From positions 1 through 34,632 of the forward strand of contig JAGGAJ010000002.1 of NCBI GenBank assembly GCA_017889845.1: a stretch of 34,632 nucleotides of DNA. The letters run 5' to 3'. Below, in pieces: positions 27,687-34,632 of this stretch. The stretch is from Deltaproteobacteria bacterium. Lineage in GTDB: Bacteria; Desulfobacterota; Deferrimicrobia; Deferrimicrobiales; Deferrimicrobiaceae. The notes under the pieces are model-generated. The model did no database searches. It was not told the origin of the DNA and worked only from the letters and a program-made list of their open reading frames with translations. The number at the start of each line of letters is the position of its first letter. Within the stretch, counting starts at the first letter, position 1. The translations under genes were made by a program, and so were the position numbers.

Positions 27687-28928
27687 TTATCCCTCGAACC
27701 GGCCGAACAGCAGGACGGAGTTCGTGCCCCCGAACCCGAATGAGTTCGACAGTGCATACCGGATCGGCCGGCGGCGCGCCGTATTCGGCACGTAGTCCAG
27801 GTCGCACTCGGGGTCCGGGGTGGTGTAGTTGATCGTCGGGGGGATCACCCCCTCCTGCAGCGCCAGGACGCAGAACATCGCCTCGACCGCCCCCGCCGCC
27901 CCCAGGAGGTGCCCCGTCATCGACTTGGTCGAACTGACGGCGATCCCCTTCGCGCGCTCCCCGAAGACGGCCTTGATCGCCATCGTCTCGAAGAGGTCGT
28001 TGTACGGAGTGGAGGTGCCGTGCGCGTTGACGTAATCCACCGCGCCGGCTTCCACGCGGCCGTCGGCGAGCGCGGCGGCCATCGCGCGGGCCGCCCCCTC
28101 ACCCCCGGGCGCGGGCGCGGTGACGTGGTGGGCGTCCGCCGACGCCCCGTACCCGCACAGTTCGGCGTAGATCTTCGCCCCCCGCCTCCGCGCGTGTTCG
28201 AGTTCCTCGAGGATCAGGATCGCCGCACCCTCCCCCATCACGAATCCGTCCCGGTCCCTGTCGAACGGCCGGGAGGCCGCCGCGGGATCGTCGTTCCGCG
28301 TGGAGAGCGCCTTCATCGAGCAGAATCCGCCCAGCGCCATGGGGGTGATCGTGGCCTCCGTTCCCCCGCCGATCACCACGTCGCAGACGCCGGAACGGAT
28401 CACGTGGAGGGCCTCCCCGATCGCGTGGCTCGACGCCGCGCACGCCGTGGTCGTGGAGATGTTGGGCCCCTTGGCCCCGTACCGCATCGCGATGTGGCCC
28501 GGGGCGAGGTTGGAGATGAGCATCGGGATGAAGAACGGGCTGATCTTCCTCGCCCCTCCCTCCAGGAGGTATGCCTTGTGGTATCGCTCCAGGGTGGAGA
28601 GGCCGCCCAGTCCGGTGCCCACGTAGACGCCGACCCGGGGCGCGAGGCCCTCGTCGATCGAGAGGTCCGAATCCGCGAGGGCCATGTGCGCGGACGCCAT
28701 CGCGTAGTGGATGAACGGGTCCATCCGCTTGATCTCTTTCCGGTCGATGAACTCCTCCGGGTGGAATCCCTTCACCTCGGCCGCGATGGTGGTGGAGAAC
28801 TCCTTCGCGTCGAACCGCGTGATGGGCCCCATGCCGGATACCCCGTCGAGCACCGCCTCCCAGGAGGGCCGGGCGCCCACCCCGAGGGGGGTCACCGCCC
28901 CCAGCCCCGTGACAACCACTCTGCGCAT
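27687..28928 (-). CDS. fabF: 3-oxoacyl-ACP synthase II
   Basis: 413 aa. Active-site Cys context TTTACAASSHAIG. His motifs HHVTAP and NAHGTSTPYND. Confidence 0.95.
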   Translation of the reverse strand: MRRVVVTGLGAVTPLGVGARPSWEAVLDGVSGMGPITRFDAKEFSTTIAAEVKGFHPEEFIDRKEIKRMDPFIHYAMASAHMALADSDLSIDEGLAPRVGVYVGTGLGGLSTLERYHKAYLLEGGARKISPFFIPMLISNLAPGHIAMRYGAKGPNISTTTACAASSHAIGEALHVIRSGVCDVVIGGGTEATITPMALGGFCSMKALSTRNDDPAAASRPFDRDRDGFVMGEGAAILILEELEHARRRGAKIYAELCGYGASADAHHVTAPAPGGEGAARAMAAALADGRVEAGAVDYVNAHGTSTPYNDLFETMAIKAVFGERAKGIAVSSTKSMTGHLLGAAGAVEAMFCVLALQEGVIPPTINYTTPDPECDLDYVPNTARRRPIRYALSNSFGFGGTNSVLLFGRFEG

Positions 28929-28940
28929 GCTGTTCCTTCC

Positions 28941-28971
28941 GCCCGCGCGCCTTCCCCGAGGCGCGGCGGGC
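28941..28971 (-). other. GC-rich hairpin in the acpP-fabF spacer (candidate mRNA 3' stabiliser / partial attenuator)
   Basis: GCCCGCGCGCC (28941-28951) pairs with GGCGCGGCGGGC (28960-28971). There is no U-tract, and the fabF SD (GGAAGGAA) follows it on the minus strand. Confidence 0.35.
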
Positions 28972-28977
28972 TCCGCC

Positions 28978-29211
28978 CTATTTCTTGTGCGTGGCGATGT
29001 ACTGGATGACGTCGTTGACCGTCTTGATCTTCTCGGCTTCCTCGTCGGGGATCTCGATCCCGAACTCCTCCTCCATCTTCATCACGAGCTCCACGATGTC
29101 GAGGGAGTCGGCACCCAGGTCGTCGATGAACGACGCCTCGTTGGTGACCTCGTTCACGTCCCGTTCCAGCTGCTCCGCCACGATCTCCCGTACCCTCTTG
29201 TCGATCGACAT
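28978..29211 (-). CDS. acpP: Acyl carrier protein
   Basis: 77 aa. Phosphopantetheine attachment motif [12 protein letters not shown]. Confidence 0.97.
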   Translation of the reverse strand: MSIDKRVREIVAEQLERDVNEVTNEASFIDDLGADSLDIVELVMKMEEEFGIEIPDEEAEKIKTVNDVIQYIATHKK

Positions 29212-29241
29212 TCCGGATCCTCCCTTCCTCTTAGTATACGC

Positions 29242-29985
29242 TCACATGTACATCCCGCCGTTGATGCCGATCACCTGCCCCGTGATGTACGAGGAGGCGT
29301 CGGAGGCGAGAAAGAGTGCGAGTTCCGCCACTTCCGCGGGCTCCGCGAAGCGGCCGAGCGGGATCTGGGAAAGGAACCCCTTCTGGACCGCCTCGGGCAG
29401 CCCCGCGGTCATCGCCGTGCGGATGAATCCGGGCGCGATCGCGTTGACCGTGATGTTCCGCGCCGCGAGCTCTCGGGCGGTCGCCTTCGTGAACCCGATG
29501 ATCCCCGCCTTCGCAGCCGCGTAGTTCGACTGCCCGGCGTTCCCCATCATCCCGACGACGGAGCTGATGTTGATCACCCTGCCGTACCGCTGCTTCATCA
29601 TGTGGCGGGTGACCGTCTTGGTGAGGAGATACGTCCCCTTGAGGTTGACGCGGACGACGGCGTCGAACTCCTCCTCCGACATCCGCAGCAGGAGATTGTC
29701 CCGGGTGATCCCCGCGTTGTTGACCAGGATGTCGATTTTCCCCTGCGCCTCAAGGATGTTCTTCACCCCGACATCGACCTGCGCGGGGTCGCTCACGTCG
29801 AACATCTCCACCATCCCCTTGCCGCCGGCGGCCGTCAGGGCGGCCAGGGTCTCCCGGGCGCCGGCGTCGCTCCCGACGTCGCTGACGACGACGGTCGCCC
29901 CTTCCGCGCAGAACGCCAAGGCGATCGCGCGGCCGATCCCGCGCGCCGAGCCCGTGACCAGCGCCACCTTCCCGGAAAGCCGCAT
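29242..29985 (-). CDS. fabG: 3-oxoacyl-ACP reductase
   Basis: ORF 29242..30012 trimmed to ATG 29985 (MRLSGKVALVTGSARGIG, the usual FabG N-terminus). SDR catalytic YAAAK. 247 aa. Confidence 0.9.
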   Translation of the reverse strand: MRLSGKVALVTGSARGIGRAIALAFCAEGATVVVSDVGSDAGARETLAALTAAGGKGMVEMFDVSDPAQVDVGVKNILEAQGKIDILVNNAGITRDNLLLRMSEEEFDAVVRVNLKGTYLLTKTVTRHMMKQRYGRVINISSVVGMMGNAGQSNYAAAKAGIIGFTKATARELAARNITVNAIAPGFIRTAMTAGLPEAVQKGFLSQIPLGRFAEPAEVAELALFLASDASSYITGQVIGINGGMYM

Positions 29986-30013
29986 CCTCCCACCCCCCAT
30001 CCCGAAAGTCATA

Positions 30014-30039
30014 CCTTCAACGGCGAGCGCCGTTCAAGG
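30014..30039 (-). other. Hairpin in the fabD-fabG spacer
   Basis: CCTTCAACGGC-GAGC-GCCGTTCAAGG: 10 of 11 bp paired with a tetraloop. No U-tract. Confidence 0.25.
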
Positions 30040-30046
30040 GGTATTT

Positions 30047-30979
30047 TCACCCGAGCAGCGCCTGCACGGCATCCAGTTCGGCCGGGGCGCAGAACGCCGC
30101 CGTCGGCGCATCCTTATCGATGCGGCGGACGAGGCCGGAGAGAACCTTCCCCGGCCCTACCTCGAGGAAAGAGGCCGCCCCCGATCCCCTCATTTCCCGG
30201 ACTGACTCATCCCACCGGACGGGTTCCGTGATCTGCCGGACCAGGACCTCCGCCACCCGGTCCCCGGCGCCGTACGCCCTGGCCGTCACGTTCGCCACGA
30301 CGGGGAACCGGAAGGCCCCCTGCGGGACGGCGCACAGCTCGGGGGCGAGGCGTTCCGCAGCTGGGCCCATCAGGGCGCAGTGGAACGGGGCGCTGACGGG
30401 GAGGGGCAGGGCGCGCTTCGCCCCGAACGCCTTCGCCGCCTCGCACGCCGCCGCGACCGCCTTCGCCGCTCCCGAGATGACGATCTGGTCCCCGCCGTTG
30501 AAGTTCGCCGGCGACACCACGCCGTGGACGGAAGCCCGGCGGCACGCCGCTCCCACCCCTTCCGGGGAGAGCCCGATGATCGCCGCCATCGCCCCCTCGC
30601 CCACGGGGACGGCTTCCTGCATGTACCTCCCGCGGGAACGCAGGACCCGCACCGCGTCCCGCAAGGGGAGGACCCCCGACGCGACCAGCGCGGAATATTC
30701 CCCCAGGGAGTGTCCCGCGGCGCACGCCGGCTGGATCCCCGTTTCCGCCGAAAGGACCCGGAAGGCGGCCACGCTCACCGTGAAGATGGCGGGCTGGGTG
30801 TTCTCCGTCAGCCGCAGTTCCTCCTCCGTCCCCCGGAAGCAGAGCGCGGCGACGTCCTGCGAGAGGGCGTCGGACGCCTCCTGGAACACCTCCCGCGCCG
30901 CGGCGTACGCGTCGTGCAGTTCCCTCCCCATCCCCGGGAACTGCGACGCCTGCCCGGGAAACAGCAGCGCGACCGCCAT
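30047..30979 (-). CDS. fabD: Malonyl CoA-ACP transacylase
   Basis: 310 aa. MAVALLFPGQASQFPGMG start and active-site GHSLGEY. Confidence 0.95.
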   Translation of the reverse strand: MAVALLFPGQASQFPGMGRELHDAYAAAREVFQEASDALSQDVAALCFRGTEEELRLTENTQPAIFTVSVAAFRVLSAETGIQPACAAGHSLGEYSALVASGVLPLRDAVRVLRSRGRYMQEAVPVGEGAMAAIIGLSPEGVGAACRRASVHGVVSPANFNGGDQIVISGAAKAVAAACEAAKAFGAKRALPLPVSAPFHCALMGPAAERLAPELCAVPQGAFRFPVVANVTARAYGAGDRVAEVLVRQITEPVRWDESVREMRGSGAASFLEVGPGKVLSGLVRRIDKDAPTAAFCAPAELDAVQALLG

Positions 30980-30988
30980 CGCCCCCCC

Positions 30989-31966
30989 CTACATCCGGAT
31001 CAGCGCGGAGCCCCACGTCAGGCCTGCGCCGAACGCCACCAGCAGGACGAGGTCTCCGGGGCGGATCCGCCCCTGCGCCTTCGCCTCCGCGAGAGCGATG
31101 GGGACGGAAGCCGCCGACGTGTTCCCATAGCGCTCCAGGTTCACGAACACCCGGTCCGGCGTCACCCCGAGACGTTTCCCCACGGCGCTCACGATCCGCA
31201 GGTTCGCCTGGTGGGGGATGAACAGCGCCACGTCGTCGATCGTGCACCCGTTGTGGGCGAGGGCCTTCTGGGCCACATCTACCATCTTGGTCACGGCGTG
31301 TTTGAACGTCTCGTTCCCCTGCATGCGGATGTAGATCATCCGGCGCGAGATCAGGTCCGGCGTCAGGGGGTTCACCGTTCCCCCGCCGGGACAGTGGATC
31401 AGCTCCCACAGGTTTCCGTCCGAATGGAGGTGGCAGGAGAGGACCCCATCCCCCTCGGGGCATTCGGCCAGCACCACCGCACCGCTGCCGTCCCCGAACA
31501 GGATGCACGTCGCGCGGTCCGTGTAGTCGGTGACCGAGGAGAGGATCTCGGACCCCAGCACCAGCGCCTTCCTCCCGCGGCCCGCCCGGATCAGGGCATC
31601 GGCCACGGAGAGGGCGTAGATAAATCCGGAGCACGCCGCGTTGAGGTCCAGCGCGAAGGCGTTCCGCGCCCCCAGCTTCTTCTGGATGAAACAGGCGGTG
31701 GAAGGGAGGGGCATGTCCGGGGTGCAGGTCCCGACGACGATCAGGTCGATGTCCTCCGCCCGGACCCCGGCGTCGGCGAGCGCCTTCTGCGACGCGAGAA
31801 ACCCCATGTCCGAGTTCGCAGCGCCCAGCTCCGCGATGCGGCGGGACTTGATCCCCGTCCGCTCCATGATCCAGCTGTCGCTGGTCTCGACCAGTTTCTC
31901 CAGGTCCTGGTTCGTCATCTTCTTCGGGGGGGCGTACATCCCGAGCCCCACGATCTTCGACGCCAC
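30989..31966 (-). CDS. fabH: 3-oxoacyl-ACP synthase III
   Basis: 325 aa. Active-site Cys context NAACSGFIYAL, then HQAN and GNTSAAS. GTG start. Confidence 0.95.
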   Translation of the reverse strand: MASKIVGLGMYAPPKKMTNQDLEKLVETSDSWIMERTGIKSRRIAELGAANSDMGFLASQKALADAGVRAEDIDLIVVGTCTPDMPLPSTACFIQKKLGARNAFALDLNAACSGFIYALSVADALIRAGRGRKALVLGSEILSSVTDYTDRATCILFGDGSGAVVLAECPEGDGVLSCHLHSDGNLWELIHCPGGGTVNPLTPDLISRRMIYIRMQGNETFKHAVTKMVDVAQKALAHNGCTIDDVALFIPHQANLRIVSAVGKRLGVTPDRVFVNLERYGNTSAASVPIALAEAKAQGRIRPGDLVLLVAFGAGLTWGSALIRM

Positions 31967-31983
31967 GATTCCCTCCTCCCCTC

Positions 31984-33003
31984 CTACAGTCTCGCCGCTT
32001 CGCCGGCGATGTGCCCGCGGGACGCGATCGAGCGGGCGATCTCCTCGTCCACCTCGAACCGCGCGAGGGACCCGGCGGCGCGGATCCCGTTCATGATCGC
32101 ACGTTCCCCGGACGATCCGTGACAGATGACGATCCCTCCCCGTACCCCGAGCAGGGGGGCGCCCCCGTACTCCTCGTAGTCCAGCTTGTTCTTCACGCCC
32201 CGGATCGCCCCCCCGGCGAGCATCGCCCCCAGCCTGGCCATGGTGGATTTCCCGATTTCGTTCTTTAGGAACTGGCCGAGGGCCTGCGCCATCCCCTCCA
32301 TCGTCTTGAGCGCCACGTTGCCGACGAAGCCGTCGCAGACGAAGACGTCGGCCTTCCCCGCGAAGAAGTCCCGCCCCTCCACGTTCCCGATGAACCGCAG
32401 CCCCGTGCGGCGGAAGAGTTCACCCGTGTCGCGGGTCAGGTCGGTCCCTTTCAGCTCTTCCTCGCCGATGCTGACCACGCCGATGCGGGGGCGGTGAATC
32501 CCGAGGATCTTCCGCGCGTACGCCTCCCCCATGTACCCGAACTGGAGGAGGTGGGCCGGCTTGCAGTCCACGTTGGCGCCGGCGTCGATGAGGACCACGG
32601 GGCCGTGGGGCGTGGGGATGGTTGCGGTGATCGCGGGGCGGTCGACGCCCCGGATCTTCTTCATGATGATGAGCCCCCCCGCCATCACCGCGCCGGAGTT
32701 CCCCGCGCTGACGAAGGAGGCGGCCTTTCCCTCCCGGACCAGGGAGAGCCCCACCCGGATCGAGGAGTCCCGTTTCTTCCGGAGCGCGAGGACGGGGACC
32801 TCGCTCATCTCCACGACCTCGGAGGCGTGCACGATCTCGATGTCCGCGCCCACGGGCTCCGCCCCCCGTAGCTCCGCGCGGACGCGGTCTTCCTGACCCA
32901 CGAGGAGCAGGGAGAGGCCGTATTCCCGCGACGCCCGGATCGCCCCCCGGACGATCTCCCGCGGCGCGTTATCCCCCCCCATGGCATCCACGGCGATCTT
33001 CAT
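31984..33003 (-). CDS. plsX: Phosphate acyltransferase PlsX
   Basis: 339 aa. MKIAVDAMGGDNAP N-terminus. Confidence 0.95.
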   Translation of the reverse strand: MKIAVDAMGGDNAPREIVRGAIRASREYGLSLLLVGQEDRVRAELRGAEPVGADIEIVHASEVVEMSEVPVLALRKKRDSSIRVGLSLVREGKAASFVSAGNSGAVMAGGLIIMKKIRGVDRPAITATIPTPHGPVVLIDAGANVDCKPAHLLQFGYMGEAYARKILGIHRPRIGVVSIGEEELKGTDLTRDTGELFRRTGLRFIGNVEGRDFFAGKADVFVCDGFVGNVALKTMEGMAQALGQFLKNEIGKSTMARLGAMLAGGAIRGVKNKLDYEEYGGAPLLGVRGGIVICHGSSGERAIMNGIRAAGSLARFEVDEEIARSIASRGHIAGEAARL

Positions 33004-33019
33004 CGGTGGAGGGATGGGA

Positions 33020-33202
33020 TCAGGCTTCGGACTTGGCGATGACTTCCCGGCCTTTGTAGGTCCCGCACGTAGGGCACACGGCGTGGGGCCGCTTGATCGA
33101 CTTGCACTGCGGGCAGATGCTCACGGCCGGCTGGGACAGCTTCTTGTGGGTTCGCCGCTTGTCCCGGCGGCACTTCGACCCGCGTCGTTTCGGGTTCGGC
33201 AT
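33020..33202 (-). CDS. rpmF: 50S ribosomal protein L32
   Basis: 60 aa. MPNPKRRGSKCRRDKRRTH with a CPQC...CPTC zinc ribbon. Confidence 0.95.
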   Translation of the reverse strand: MPNPKRRGSKCRRDKRRTHKKLSQPAVSICPQCKSIKRPHAVCPTCGTYKGREVIAKSEA

Positions 33203-33205
33203 GGT

Positions 33206-33748
33206 CTACTCCTTTTTCCCCTTCAGGTTCTTCAACACATCGAACGGGCCCTGCGACGTCCCCGCGGAGCAGGAGCACGGCTCCCGGTTCCGGTTCGCCC
33301 CGCAGGACGGGCAGATCCCGCGGCACTCCTCCGAGCAGATCACCTTGAGCGGCAGTTCGAGGGCCACCTGCTCCCAGAAGATGTCGTTGACCTCGAGCCC
33401 CCTGCCGTCATAATACCCGACGTCGAGGTCTTCCTCGCGGAGTTCCGCCTGGCTCGTCCCGGCGGGCTCCCGGGCCTTCGGGACCAGGAGCGACCGGAAC
33501 GCCTTGGCGAACCGGACCGCGACCGGTTCGGAACAGCGGTCGCAGGGCGCCTCCCCTTCCGCCGTGTACAACCCCTCTGCCCACAAGTCTCCGGACTCGG
33601 CCGTCAGGACGAGTTCGGCGTCGGTCAGCCGGCACGTCGAAAGGGGAGCCGGGTCCATCCCCTCCAGCATGCGGGGGATCGCGGACCTCCCCCGGGCGGC
33701 GAATACGTCCAGCCCACCCCCGGGAATTTCGGACACCCGGATGTACAA
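33206..33748 (-). CDS. yceD: YceD/DUF177 family protein
   Basis: Lies upstream of rpmF as in most bacteria. C-terminal CSEECRGICPSCGANRN motif. ORF 33206..33817 trimmed to TTG 33748 because the longer form would begin inside the promoter. The start is uncertain. Confidence 0.75.
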   Translation of the reverse strand: MYIRVSEIPGGGLDVFAARGRSAIPRMLEGMDPAPLSTCRLTDAELVLTAESGDLWAEGLYTAEGEAPCDRCSEPVAVRFAKAFRSLLVPKAREPAGTSQAELREEDLDVGYYDGRGLEVNDIFWEQVALELPLKVICSEECRGICPSCGANRNREPCSCSAGTSQGPFDVLKNLKGKKE

Positions 33749-33781
33749 GATGCGAATTTCCTTCGAAAAGTTAAAGGAAAT

Positions 33782-33810
33782 ACTATAGGCAACCCCCCCT
33801 CCCCTGTCAA
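33782..33810 (-). promoter_or_regulatory. Near-consensus sigma70 promoter of the yceD-rpmF-plsX-fab array
   Basis: Minus strand reads TTGACA (33810..33805), a 17-nt spacer, then TATAGT (33787..33782), about 34 nt upstream of the yceD TTG. Located in an AT-rich island. Confidence 0.7.
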
Positions 33811-33846
33811 TCGCCAATAACCGGATCCCCGTTGTATCATGGAAGC

Positions 33847-34632
33847 ATGAGCAGGATGCCCGCCGTGGCCGGCCAGTTCTACCCCGGGACCGCCTCGGGG
33901 CTTTCCCGGACCCTCAAGCAGCTGACCCGGGACGTCCCGGAAAAGCTGCCCGCGATCGCCGTGGTATCCCCCCATGCCGGGTACGTCTACTCCGGGGCGG
34001 TGGCCGGGGAGCTCTTCTCCTCCGTCCGCGTCCCGACCCGCGCCGTCGTCTTCTGCCCGAACCACACGGGGGTGGGCGCGGACGCCGCCATCATGTCCCG
34101 CGGAGCCTGGCGCATGCCGTGGGGGGACGTCCCCGTCGAGGGTACGCTTGCCGACCGGATGAAGGCCGCCTGCCCCCTCCTGCGGGAGGACGGCTCCGCC
34201 CACCTCGGGGAGCACTCCCTCGAGGTGCAGCTCCCCTTCCTGCACCGGTTCCGGCCGGACGTGCGCATCGTCCCCGTCGCCCTGGGGCGCCTCTCGCTCG
34301 ACGAGTGCCGGACGCTGGGGGATGCGACGGCCGAGTCCGTGGCGGGAGATCCCGAACGCCCCCTCCTGGTGGCGAGCTCCGACATGTCCCACTACGTCCC
34401 GGACGCCGTGGCGCGACGGAAGGACCGGCTGGCCATCGACCGGATCCTGGCCCTCGACCCGGAGGGGCTGTACCGGACTGTCCGGGCGGAGCGGATCTCC
34501 ATGTGCGGAGTGATCCCCGCCACCGTGGTCCTCTTCGCGGCCCTGCGGCTTGGCGCGACGTCCGCCCGTCTGGTAAAATACGCGACCTCCGGCGAGGTCA
34601 GCCGGGATTTCGACCAGGTGGTCGGGTACGCC
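33847..34632 (+). CDS. amrB: AmmeMemoRadiSam system protein B (MEMO1 family), 5' partial, runs off the window
   Basis: Absent from the ORF track because it has no stop. My translation: MSRMPAVAGQFYPGTASGLSRTL...AIAVVSPHAGYVYSGAVAGE...VFCPNHTG...GEHSLEVQLPFL...ASSDMSHY...SMCGVIPATV. These are the hallmark Memo-like motifs, and the frame is open to 34632. Confidence 0.85.
   Translation, partial: MSRMPAVAGQFYPGTASGLSRTLKQLTRDVPEKLPAIAVVSPHAGYVYSGAVAGELFSSVRVPTRAVVFCPNHTGVGADAAIMSRGAWRMPWGDVPVEGTLADRMKAACPLLREDGSAHLGEHSLEVQLPFLHRFRPDVRIVPVALGRLSLDECRTLGDATAESVAGDPERPLLVASSDMSHYVPDAVARRKDRLAIDRILALDPEGLYRTVRAERISMCGVIPATVVLFAALRLGATSARLVKYATSGEVSRDFDQVVGYA

Overview
This 34.6 kb window is visibly very GC-rich and almost entirely coding. 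It reads as conserved core chromosome of a diderm bacterium. The gene order (yceD-rpmF-plsX-fabHDG-acpP-fabF-rpiB-glyA-nrdR-rib-nusB) resembles Geobacter/Desulfuromonadota-type genomes, but that placement is a guess.

I call 36 CDS, 33 of them on the minus strand, in three blocks:
- **Block 1 (15321 to 1, minus):** a tightly packed 13-gene array: TPR membrane protein, DUF4388 protein, phoH, HD-domain membrane hydrolase, ybeY, lnt, prfB (with its programmed +1 frameshift), lysS, lolC, lolD, bamA, skp, lpxD.
- **Block 2 (plus):** the short mazG and rpsT genes.
- **Block 3 (33810 to 16668, minus):** a 20-gene co-directional array behind a near-consensus sigma70 promoter: yceD, rpmF, plsX, fabH, fabD, fabG, acpP, fabF, rpiB, glyA, dCMP deaminase, nrdR, ribD, ribE, ribBA, ribH, nusB, leuS, lptE, holA.

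A 5' partial AmmeMemoRadiSam protein B gene runs off the right edge.

Many ORF-track entries are over-extended at the N-terminus or are off-frame or antisense artefacts of the GC content, so I trimmed starts by signal peptides, family N-termini, SD spacing and third-position GC. I saw no rRNA, tRNA, CRISPR array, transposase, integrase, toxin or recognisable defence gene, and I see no convincing novel multi-gene system.

The items most worth a second look are:
- the uncharacterised pair heading block 1: a DUF4388/PATAN protein with a tandem MshEN-like (c-di-GMP receptor-like) motif, plus a polytopic TPR/zinc-ribbon membrane protein;
- two long imperfect palindromic elements filling the only large spacers of block 3, on either side of nusB. 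One has 19-bp terminal inverted repeats flanked by TA;
- twin palindromic 13-mers bracketing the nusB start;
- a phased cluster of DnaA-box-like TCCACA motifs upstream of rpsT.
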